From: Capsulimonadales bacterium
GTDB lineage: Bacteria; Armatimonadota; Armatimonadia; Armatimonadales; Armatimonadaceae
Assembly: GCA_033762295.1 (NCBI GenBank)
Contig: JANRLW010000021.1
Location: 1 to 22,930, forward strand
DNA length: 22,930 nucleotides
Direction of reading: 5' to 3'
Part shown: one piece after another, positions 15,538 to 22,930 of the stretch
Numbering within the stretch: position 1 is the first letter of the stretch
Layout: each line of letters begins with the position of its first letter
Notes under the pieces: model-generated
What the model was told of the DNA's origin: nothing
Databases searched by the model: none
What the model saw: the letters and a program-made list of their open reading frames with translations, nothing else
Program-made: the position numbers and the translations under genes

Positions 15538-15713
15538 TGGAAATTAATCTACTTAATTTTATTGTCATTAAATAGATTTAGTTTTCAAATATTCGGATTA
15601 TATGGGAACATGGGGTCGCCGCGCGGAGTCGAACGGAGCGATGGTATGTAAAAAGGAGGGCTGATGGAAACGTTGGCCATCCCATCGTCCGGAAGAGAAA
15701 GGAAAATCAGACG

Positions 15714-16394
15714 ATGATGAATCGACAACACGCCGCGTATCTGACGGCGTTCTCCGCGTTCGCGCTCGGAGCCGCCCTGCCCGTTCGGGCGCAGGACACC
15801 CCGCCGCCCGCCACGCAGGACCCCGCCGCTCCGCAGAACCCGGCCAACGCACAGGGCGGTATGCTGTCCCAGATGGTCACAACTCTGAACCAGCAGGGCA
15901 ATGTGACGATCCTGGCCGATCGCTCGGTCGCATCCCAAACCGTCGCACCCCTGACCGGTCGGTTTGAAAATGTCGAGCAGGCATTGACTCAGTTGACCCG
16001 ATCGCTGCCGACCGGCACGGTTTGGGCAAAGGTCTATCTCCCGTCCGAGGGAACCACGACCACCTCCACCCGCTGGAACGCCGACCTGCTCACCGATTAC
16101 GTTCTGATTCAGTCCCGCCTGTTCGGGACGGGGACCGGCTCCGACGCCACGGCATCGGCCGGAGCCGTGGAGATCATGGGCAAGCGGTTGAGCGGACGGG
16201 ACGCGAGCAACGTGGTCTCCGCTCTGAATCTGAAACCGGTCTATGTCATCTATAACCCGACCCTTCGGACCAATCGGGACGGACAGACCGCACCGGGCAC
16301 GACGACGACTCCCTCGACGGAAACGCCGCAAACGGTCGATCCGAATGCGCCGGTCACGACACCGGCTCCGGTCCCGCCCAACCCCGGTCGTTGA
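15714..16394 (+). CDS. Exported hypothetical protein
   Basis: SD AAGGA, signal peptide ending VRA, Pro/Thr-rich termini. Confidence 0.75.
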   Translation: MMNRQHAAYLTAFSAFALGAALPVRAQDTPPPATQDPAAPQNPANAQGGMLSQMVTTLNQQGNVTILADRSVASQTVAPLTGRFENVEQALTQLTRSLPTGTVWAKVYLPSEGTTTTSTRWNADLLTDYVLIQSRLFGTGTGSDATASAGAVEIMGKRLSGRDASNVVSALNLKPVYVIYNPTLRTNRDGQTAPGTTTTPSTETPQTVDPNAPVTTPAPVPPNPGR

Positions 16395-16411
16395 TCGTTC
16401 TGCCGTAAGTG

Positions 16412-16451
16412 GAACCGAACGGGAGCGGCGATCGCCGCTCCCGTTCGGTTC
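16412..16451. repeat. Perfect 40-bp palindrome between convergent genes (probable bidirectional terminator)
   Basis: GAACCGAACGGGAGCGGCGA|TCGCCGCTCCCGTTCGGTTC. Confidence 0.75.
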
Positions 16452-16466
16452 GAGAGCGACGGAGCG

Positions 16467-18188
16467 TCACCGGCCTCCGCCGGATGAGCCGGATGACGGT
16501 TGCGATAACCCTTTGATTTGCCCCTCGGTAACCGACAGCGTGCGGTTGATTTCGTCGGTGACGAACGATTCGGTCCGCCCCCCCGGCCAGACGATCGTGA
16601 TCCTGACCGAGGTCGCGGAACCGAGGCCGATGTGTACCCGCGGATCGTTGGAAGCCAGATAGGAACCGTCCGCGTAGCACCAGTAGGTGCGCTTTTTCCC
16701 GGCGATGTCGGCAATCACTCGGGCGCCGTAGGCGTTTCGCGTTTTACTTTTGCCGGTCAGCTTCAGGGAGAGATAATTGCCGACGTTCGGTGTCTCGTTG
16801 TGAAGGAGCAACGGGGAACCCTCTCCGTCGACCACCAGCGCATCCTGACGACCGTCGTTATCGTAATCGCTGATGGCGAGCGCTCTGCCGACGATCGGCC
16901 GGGTCAGCGCCTTTCCGCTTCGCTTGCTGATATCCTCGAAGCGCTGTCCATCCTCGTTGCGAAATAGTAATGTCGGCTCCCGGTAGGTACGCGTCGGCTC
17001 GTATTGTTCCACATTGTCGGCGATGTAGCCGTTGACCATCATCAGGTCGAGGTCGCTGTCGTTGTCGAAGTCAAAGAGTTTGGTGCCGAACGTGAGAAAA
17101 AGCCGACCGACCGAGGCGACTCCGTACGAATCGCTGCGATCGGTGAACAGGTTGCTCCCCTCGTTCATCAGGACCAGTTTGTTTTCGAGAGTGAAGGTGC
17201 CGATCACGATATCCGGACGGCCGTCTCCGTCGATGTCGCCGCGATCGACGCCCATTCCTCCGTAAGGCTTTCCGTTCTCGGTGAAGCCGACACCGGACAG
17301 TTCCCCGATATTCCGGAAGTCTTTCCCGGTGTTATACATCAGGTCGCTGGGCACTTCATCATTGGGCAACATCAGGCTTTGCCGTCCCTGACCGTCCGTA
17401 TCCAGGAAAATCGCCCCGAGAACCTTTCCGGTGGACGCCTCCATCTTCATGGTCCGGCTGATATCGGCAAAACGGCCGCCGCCGAGGTTACGAAACAGGA
17501 CACCCCGGTGCGCCTTATAGACGGTCGGGGAGCAGCTGGTTTTAAAGTCCTTGACATTGCACAACTGGACGGTTTTCGGACCGAAATCGACGTAGTTGCC
17601 GACAAAGAGATCGAGTCTGCCGTCGTTGTCCACATCACCGAAGGTGCAGGCGCTGCCCCACGGTTGCGCGGGAATCCCGGCCGAGCGGGTTACGTCCGCG
17701 AACCGTGCGCCCTTTTCATTATGCAGGAGCCGTCCGCCCCGGTAGGCCGACAGATAGAGGTCGTCAAAACCATCGTTATCGTAGTCGCCGACCGCGCACC
17801 CCATCCACCAGCCGGGGGCGAGCGCGGGCAGGACGGTTGTCGTGACGTCGGAGAATTTTCCTTTCCCGTCGCCCCGGAACAGGGCGACCCTCTGCGAGAT
17901 CAGCAGGATATCCGAGTTACCGTCGCCGTCATAGTCGAGGAATGCCGCCCCGCCGCCCATCCCCTGAAGAATATTGATAGGGCGGGAGCCGGGGATCTCA
18001 TGGCGAAATTGCAACCCCGCTTCCGCCGCGACATCCGTAAACCGGGCCGCCTCAGGCACGGGGGGCGGGGGAGCGGCGGACGGCATCCCGCCGACGGAGG
18101 AGATAGGTGCGGGACACCCGGCGCAGAGCGGAAGGACGCTGCCCAGACAGGCAAGAAACGAAACGGACAGGAAGGGACGGTCCCGCAT
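16467..18188 (-). CDS. CRTAC1-family protein (FG-GAP/VCBS repeats plus ASPIC/UnbV domain)
   Basis: Repeated DYDGDG/DYDNDG/DVDNDG/DFDND motifs and C-terminal GSYLASNDPRVHIGLG...WPGG. Confidence 0.93.
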   Translation of the reverse strand: MRDRPFLSVSFLACLGSVLPLCAGCPAPISSVGGMPSAAPPPPVPEAARFTDVAAEAGLQFRHEIPGSRPINILQGMGGGAAFLDYDGDGNSDILLISQRVALFRGDGKGKFSDVTTTVLPALAPGWWMGCAVGDYDNDGFDDLYLSAYRGGRLLHNEKGARFADVTRSAGIPAQPWGSACTFGDVDNDGRLDLFVGNYVDFGPKTVQLCNVKDFKTSCSPTVYKAHRGVLFRNLGGGRFADISRTMKMEASTGKVLGAIFLDTDGQGRQSLMLPNDEVPSDLMYNTGKDFRNIGELSGVGFTENGKPYGGMGVDRGDIDGDGRPDIVIGTFTLENKLVLMNEGSNLFTDRSDSYGVASVGRLFLTFGTKLFDFDNDSDLDLMMVNGYIADNVEQYEPTRTYREPTLLFRNEDGQRFEDISKRSGKALTRPIVGRALAISDYDNDGRQDALVVDGEGSPLLLHNETPNVGNYLSLKLTGKSKTRNAYGARVIADIAGKKRTYWCYADGSYLASNDPRVHIGLGSATSVRITIVWPGGRTESFVTDEINRTLSVTEGQIKGLSQPSSGSSGGGR

Positions 18189-18189
18189 T

Positions 18190-19443
18190 TTACCTTGCCC
18201 CTGGGCGTTCCAGAGCCGCCCGCTCCTGCTGAGCCACGGCGTCGTTCGGATTTCGGGCGATCAACTCCTCGTATTGAATCAGAGCCGGTCGCAGAAGATC
18301 CTTGGAGACATACCAGCGGGCAAACGCCAACCGGGTCTCGCGGTCATCCGGAGTTTCATTCAGTTTGGCCTGGAATCGCCGGAGTTCGGCCTGATCCTCG
18401 TAGGCTTTTCGATGCCGGGTCAGGGTTGCCTCCGCCTTCGCCTCCTGCCCGAGAAAGCGGTAGGTGCGTCCCAGCAGGAAGAGAAGGTCCGGGTTGTTCG
18501 GGGCGATTTTATCCGCCGTCTCAAAATAGGCGAGCGCGTTTTTCCAGTCCTTCTGCCCGTAGTACGAGCGGCCAATCAGGAACTCGACAGTGAATCGGTC
18601 CATCTGGCGGAGCGATTCTGCGCTTTTCCTCGCGGTTTCGAGGATATCTCGGGCCTTCGCATACTCCTCCGACGTACGGGCGGTCAGGACGGAGGCTTCT
18701 CCCAGATACAGCGACCGCTCCGGAAGGTTCGGGAATCGCTCGCGGAGATGATTCGCCAGTTTCAGCGCCTCCTGATGCTTTTTATTGGCAATATATGCCT
18801 GATAAAGCCCGACCATCGGCCAGGCGGAATCGGGCATCAACGCGCGTGCGCGCAGATAGGAGACTTCGGCCTCTCCGGCGATTCCCTGATCGAGGCAGAG
18901 ATCGCCGCGCAGCGCCCAGGCATCCCCAAAATCGGGTTTCAGTCGGGTGGCGCGATCGGCATCGAGCCAGGCGGATTCGGTGTGGCGGGCATCCCGTCGC
19001 AGCGCCGCCCGTTCGAGGTAGACGCGGCTGTCCTCGGGATGACGACGAAGGAAGTCGGTGAGGATGGCGTCCGCCGCTCGAAAATCGGCGATTTCGTAGG
19101 TGGATCGCGCCCACCCGATCCAGGCATCGGCGCGGTCCGGAGCCAGTTCGCAGGCGTGCTGGAACGCTTTGACCGCCCGGGGCCACTGTTCGCGTTGACG
19201 GGCCTCGGTGCCCAGGCGAACGAACAGTTCCGTCTCCTCAAGATGCCGGGGAGCGGCGGCGGCAAGCTCCTCGATCGATGCCGTCCGCAACCAGCGTTCG
19301 AAGGAGAGACGCCGGACTTGCAGAGTGACCGCGATGACCGCGACCAGAAGGAGCGTCCCGAGAAGAAAAAGGATCGTTGGCCGCCGCCGGGGCTCCGGTG
19401 GCGAAGTAGGGGACTGTATTGTTGCCATGACCGACATCGTCAT
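18190..19443 (-). CDS. Membrane-anchored tetratricopeptide repeat protein
   Basis: N-terminal TM and multiple TPR-like units (A...F..A.EL.PD.ADAW). Exact start uncertain. Confidence 0.88.
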   Translation of the reverse strand: MTMSVMATIQSPTSPPEPRRRPTILFLLGTLLLVAVIAVTLQVRRLSFERWLRTASIEELAAAAPRHLEETELFVRLGTEARQREQWPRAVKAFQHACELAPDRADAWIGWARSTYEIADFRAADAILTDFLRRHPEDSRVYLERAALRRDARHTESAWLDADRATRLKPDFGDAWALRGDLCLDQGIAGEAEVSYLRARALMPDSAWPMVGLYQAYIANKKHQEALKLANHLRERFPNLPERSLYLGEASVLTARTSEEYAKARDILETARKSAESLRQMDRFTVEFLIGRSYYGQKDWKNALAYFETADKIAPNNPDLLFLLGRTYRFLGQEAKAEATLTRHRKAYEDQAELRRFQAKLNETPDDRETRLAFARWYVSKDLLRPALIQYEELIARNPNDAVAQQERAALERPGAR

Positions 19444-19544
19444 TTTAAGGGAAAACGAACGGAAACGAACGAGGCACGGCGGGAAAGTAGAAGTTTCCCG
19501 TCATGCCCCATTCTGCCGGTTTTGTGTGAAAGGAACCGGAAACC

Positions 19545-19769
19545 TTAGCGAGCGCCCTGCTGCGAACCGCCCATCCTGGAGAGGATCTGCTGTTTCTGCG
19601 CTTCCGGAATCTTGGGATTGTTCTTGATCTCGTCGATTTTTTTCTGATCGAGTTCCTTGCTCTTTTGCGGATCGTATTTCACGACCGTTCCCTGATCCTG
19701 ATTGGCGCAGCCGGCTCCCAGAAGGAGCAGGGCGACGACGAAAGCGGTCTGCCAGCGAATGGACATCAT
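19545..19769 (-). CDS. Small lipoprotein
   Basis: SD AAGGGAG and lipobox-like LLLGAGC. Lies directly after the DUF1559 gene. Confidence 0.8.
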   Translation of the reverse strand: MMSIRWQTAFVVALLLLGAGCANQDQGTVVKYDPQKSKELDQKKIDEIKNNPKIPEAQKQQILSRMGGSQQGAR

Positions 19770-19787
19770 GATTTCTCCCTTAGAGAT

Positions 19788-20669
19788 TTACCAGAGGTTG
19801 CCGTGAACCGACTGAATCCAGAGGTTCCGGGAAAAGCTCAGAGAACCGCGCTGCATCGCCTTGGAGTGTCCGTCGAGGAAGGTGACGTTGCACGTGCCGT
19901 TATGGCGATAGCGGGGGCGGAGGAAGCAGGATCGGTCCCAGGTCCAGTTCTGACCGCCGGTCGCCAGGTCGCAGTCTCCCCAGTTGCGAACGAGCGCGCC
20001 CTTGCAGACGGCTTCATTGGCCGAACCGTCGGCGCACCGGCCGACGTCGGCATTGACGTTGATCGTGCCGCAACCGTTGTTGGCCGGTCCGTCGTAGGTG
20101 CAGACGCTGGCGTCGGCGAAGCTCCACTGGTCGGTTACGATCTCCATCCAGTTACCGTTCCCCGAGTTCGCGCCCTTATCGGCAAGGGCCAGAATATCGG
20201 CCGGTCGCTCGACGGCCGCCATACGAACGTAGTTGGTCGTAACGGTCCAGTTGCCATCGCCGTCCCAGTCGGTGTCGCCATCCGGGAACACGGACGCATT
20301 CCAACCGAGATGGTTATCCTGCGCCGGATTCAGAGCCGACGGGCAGGACCAGACACCCCCCTGGGAGGTGCCGTTGCCGTTCCGAATATAGGCGTTGAGC
20401 ATTTCGTAGATATGCGGGTAGTTGCCGTTGGCGTCCACCTGACGCGGATTTTGCCGCATCGGATAGACTTCGTCGTAGTCCTGAACGTACATGACGACGG
20501 CGAGTCCCAGTTGCTTGGTGTTGGAAAGGCAGGAGATGGCCCGGGCTTTTTCGCGCGCCTGGGCAAAGACCGGGAAAAGGATTGCCGCCAGGATGGCAAT
20601 AATGGCAATGACGACGAGCAGTTCGATCAGCGTGAAGGCATGGCACCGAGCGGACGGATTACGAAACAT
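19788..20669 (-). CDS. DUF1559 / prepilin-type N-terminal cleavage-methylation protein with C-terminal H-X9-DG motif
   Basis: [43 protein letters not shown] and [17 protein letters not shown] 20669 follows GGAGG. Confidence 0.95.
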   Translation of the reverse strand: MFRNPSARCHAFTLIELLVVIAIIAILAAILFPVFAQAREKARAISCLSNTKQLGLAVVMYVQDYDEVYPMRQNPRQVDANGNYPHIYEMLNAYIRNGNGTSQGGVWSCPSALNPAQDNHLGWNASVFPDGDTDWDGDGNWTVTTNYVRMAAVERPADILALADKGANSGNGNWMEIVTDQWSFADASVCTYDGPANNGCGTINVNADVGRCADGSANEAVCKGALVRNWGDCDLATGGQNWTWDRSCFLRPRYRHNGTCNVTFLDGHSKAMQRGSLSFSRNLWIQSVHGNLW

Positions 20670-20871
20670 CAGTCTTCCTCCATTAGATGACGATGAATAG
20701 AAATGCAATCACATCAGGGTCGGAAGGCAGGGGGAGGTGGAGGGAACGACATCTGTTCGTTGCCGCATTCCATAGCGACGTGACCGGCCTGCTTCGACCC
20801 GGGTGTTAGGGTGAGTATAGCACAAACCGTTTCGCGTGTCCATAACCGAACCGAAAATTGTCAGTCATCGC

Positions 20872-20913
20872 CGATCGTAAGGAGAGGCTTCGCGGAGCCT
20901 TGCCTTACGATCG
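20872..20913 (-). terminator. Hairpin downstream of 20938..21636
   Basis: CGATCGTAAGG/CCTTACGATCG outer stem with AGGCTTC/GGAGCCT inner stem. Confidence 0.5.
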
Positions 20914-20937
20914 AAACGAAGCGACTCCGGGGGGAAT

Positions 20938-21636
20938 TTAAGGGGTGTTTCCGGTGGGCGCGTACCAGAGCGTCAGCAGGCGACCGTTACGGGCGTCCAG
21001 GGTCACGGTGACCGAGCGGGCGGCGCGTCCCGGAGAAGCGGTCCGGAAATTAAAGGTACGTGTGGAATCTCCGTCGACACCCTCCACCGAACTGCGGGAG
21101 CGGAGCGTGAGCGAGGAACCTTTCATCTTTCGACCGTTCAACAGATGCAGGTAACGACGGGCGAACCGTTCGGCCTGAGCGCCGGTCAGGCGACCGGAAC
21201 CGTTCCGTTGGCCGTCCTCCGGGCGAGGAAGCGCGTTCGCCCCGAAGACCATGCCGGTATCGGCATCGATCCGAAGGGAATAAGCGGCGGTAGCCGTTCG
21301 ACACGTCGCTTCCCACACGCGAATCGGGCACCCGGAACTGACCAGGAACGCGGTCGTTCCCTCCGAACCGGTCACCTCCGCCGGTTCTCCGGTAATCAGG
21401 GCGCAATGATCGCCGGCGATTTCGCGTGCCTCGGCGCGGGACATCTCGCCCAGGGTCTCCCGGTCGGGGAGGGTGAGTCGCTGCGCCAGCGCCGACATAG
21501 CGGTACCGGCGAGCAGGAGGAAAGGGGCGAGAACCATCACCGGAACGACGGGACTCGCGCTTCCCGGTCGGTGCATCGTCGGATTTGTTCTACAGGGGTT
21601 TGTTCTACGGATCGTGCTCTTCGAAAACGGCATCAT
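20938..21636 (-). CDS. Exported hypothetical protein with two PepSY-like segments
   Basis: Hydrophobic signal. MSRAEAREIA...IDADTGMV and LTGAQAERFA...LDARNGRL repeats. Start uncertain. Confidence 0.6.
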   Translation of the reverse strand: MMPFSKSTIRRTNPCRTNPTMHRPGSASPVVPVMVLAPFLLLAGTAMSALAQRLTLPDRETLGEMSRAEAREIAGDHCALITGEPAEVTGSEGTTAFLVSSGCPIRVWEATCRTATAAYSLRIDADTGMVFGANALPRPEDGQRNGSGRLTGAQAERFARRYLHLLNGRKMKGSSLTLRSRSSVEGVDGDSTRTFNFRTASPGRAARSVTVTLDARNGRLLTLWYAPTGNTP

Positions 21637-22073
21637 CCACCTCTCTCATGTGTGTTTAGTTGACATTATTGCTATTCGGAACGCAAAAAAACCTTGCGAT
21701 AAGGAGAAAGGTCCGCTCTGGCGGGGGAACGTCAGCGTTCGGGGATCAGTAGCCTTCCGTCCATCGGAGAGGGGGCTGGCAGGGCGGGGACGGCCGCGCC
21801 CGGGTTCATGACGAGTTTGTGTCCTTCCGGGACCCTCGTTATGATTGATTTATGTAAATGAAACAATCTCCGATGGTTAAGACGGGGTTTCCGGAAGAAG
21901 GTTTCAGATTTTCGAACGCGATCCGTTTGCCGGTCGGGATTCGGAGTCGGATTTACGGACGGTGGCCTGCCGGTAGAGAGAGTGGTATTCGGCAGGCCAC
22001 CGTGCGCAGGAGGCGACCGACGCAATCCTCGGGAGTGGTCCCTGTCCGGTGCGTCGGCGGGCAGAGGATCGTC

Positions 22074-22340
22074 TTACTGAGGATTGCCGACGATGGTGAA
22101 CGGGATGAGTCCGCGGCGGGTGGCTTCGCGAAACGCCTGTACCCGGTTGGTGACATCGAGCTTCTCGTAGATGTTAGCCAGGTGGAAGTCGACCGTTCGC
22201 TTGGAAACGAACAGAAGGTCGGCTACTTCCTTACTGGATTTACCTTCAATCACCAGCGTCAAAACCTCGATTTCGCGCTTGGTGAGTTTAACATTTTGCG
22301 CTGTCTCCGACGATAAATTGTTAACGGCGTATGTGTTCAT
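22074..22340 (-). CDS. Stand-alone LuxR/GerE-type HTH transcriptional regulator
   Basis: LTKREIEVLTLVIEGKSSKEVADLLFVSKRTVDFHLANIYEKLDV.NR. ATG 22340 follows GAGGA. Confidence 0.93.
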   Translation of the reverse strand: MNTYAVNNLSSETAQNVKLTKREIEVLTLVIEGKSSKEVADLLFVSKRTVDFHLANIYEKLDVTNRVQAFREATRRGLIPFTIVGNPQ

Positions 22341-22621
22341 GTAAGTCTTCCTCACTGTAATAGTGAGAGGCATCTGCGCGCCTCCGATTTCATTCTTGCC
22401 ATATCGGAACGTCTTCGACACACGCTTTTTTACGGGGTATCCGCGGAATCAAGCCGTTTCGGACGAAAATTTTACCGGGAATGCGAAATTCCACACCGAA
22501 GCCGCCCCCCCGACAGTTCGGACAGGAGGCAATGAGGAAGCAGAAAACGATTTTATACCAAACTTATTCTACTATTCCTGTGGTCGTTGTTGCTTCGGTG
22601 TGAGGAATTACCGTTTCCGAA

Positions 22622-22651
22622 TTGACACTCCCGGATTCGGTGTCGTAGAAT
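22622..22651 (+). promoter_or_regulatory. Sigma70-type promoter for the response regulator
   Basis: TTGACA-N18-TAGAAT. Confidence 0.6.
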
Positions 22652-22789
22652 AGCGATATCGTAGCAACGAACCGTTCGGGGCGGCTTCGAGACGCTTTTC
22701 GTTCTCCTCACATTTCTACCAGGCAATTTGCGTGCCAGAAGCGTCCGCCCTCGTGCCCGACGTCCGAAATTTCGCGAAAGGATTGGGCT

Positions 22790-22930
22790 ATGCCTCGCAT
22801 TCTGGCTGTGGATGATGAACCGAACATCGTACGTTTGATTCAGGTGAACCTGGAACGTCAGGGGTACCAGGTGGAGACGGCGAACAACGGCCGGCAGGCA
22901 TTGGAGAAGATTCGCGCCAATCGCCCCGAT
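22790..22930 (+). CDS. Response regulator receiver domain, 5' part
   Basis: SD AAGGA, then MPRILAVDDEPNIVRLIQVNLERQGYQVETANNGRQALEKIRANRPD. Confidence 0.92.
   Translation, partial: MPRILAVDDEPNIVRLIQVNLERQGYQVETANNGRQALEKIRANRPD

Noticed and set aside
15526..15610. Xer dif site
   Set aside because: GGCGCATAG resembles a XerC arm, but no acceptable TTATGTTAAAT-like XerD arm lies at 6-bp spacing.
17004..20690. Long plus-strand ORFs 17004..18593, 17974..19548 and 19665..20690 (likewise 13999..15264 on the minus strand)
   Set aside because: Antisense shadows of well-supported genes, as expected in high-GC DNA, with no recognisable motifs.
21640..22073. Short ORFs between the PepSY-like gene and the LuxR-type gene
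   Set aside because: Overlapping, mutually inconsistent frames with no SD or motif. Most likely intergenic regulatory DNA.
1..22930. CRISPR array, tRNA (including tRNA-Sec), rRNA or sel genes
   Set aside because: No regularly spaced direct repeats, cloverleaf or SelA/B/D motifs were seen. Sec machinery, if present, must lie elsewhere.

Overview
The window has two parts. (1) 1..~8704 is one end of an integrative element. A divergent large serine recombinase (6331..8652) sits just inside a junction that truncates a host AEC-family transporter gene at about codon 45. The cargo is a minus-strand heavy-metal/redox cluster: RAPP-type Cys-rich leader, secreted Cys-rich protein, beta-barrel B, ArsR with operator, 52-aa metallothionein, beta-barrel A, YHS/TRASH-TlpA fusion, second RAPP leader, TolC/CzcC-like channel. 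Both beta-barrel paralogues look broken in the ORF track. Each is actually a signal peptide followed by two in-frame TGA codons in the same context (PP-U-x-x-U-P) with downstream hairpins, so they are candidate exported double-selenocysteine (UxxU) outer-membrane proteins. The last codons of both RAPP leaders are complementary to the Shine-Dalgarno of the next gene, which suggests ribosome-stalling translational switches. (2) ~8705..22930 is host backbone that looks Armatimonadota-like (inferred from the DUF1559 protein style). It holds a TIM-barrel isomerase, a stand-alone atpG, an MFP plus ABC permease, a DUF1559/lipoprotein/TPR/CRTAC1 cassette, a LuxR HTH protein and a partial response regulator. 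All calls are from manual reading; no database searches were run.
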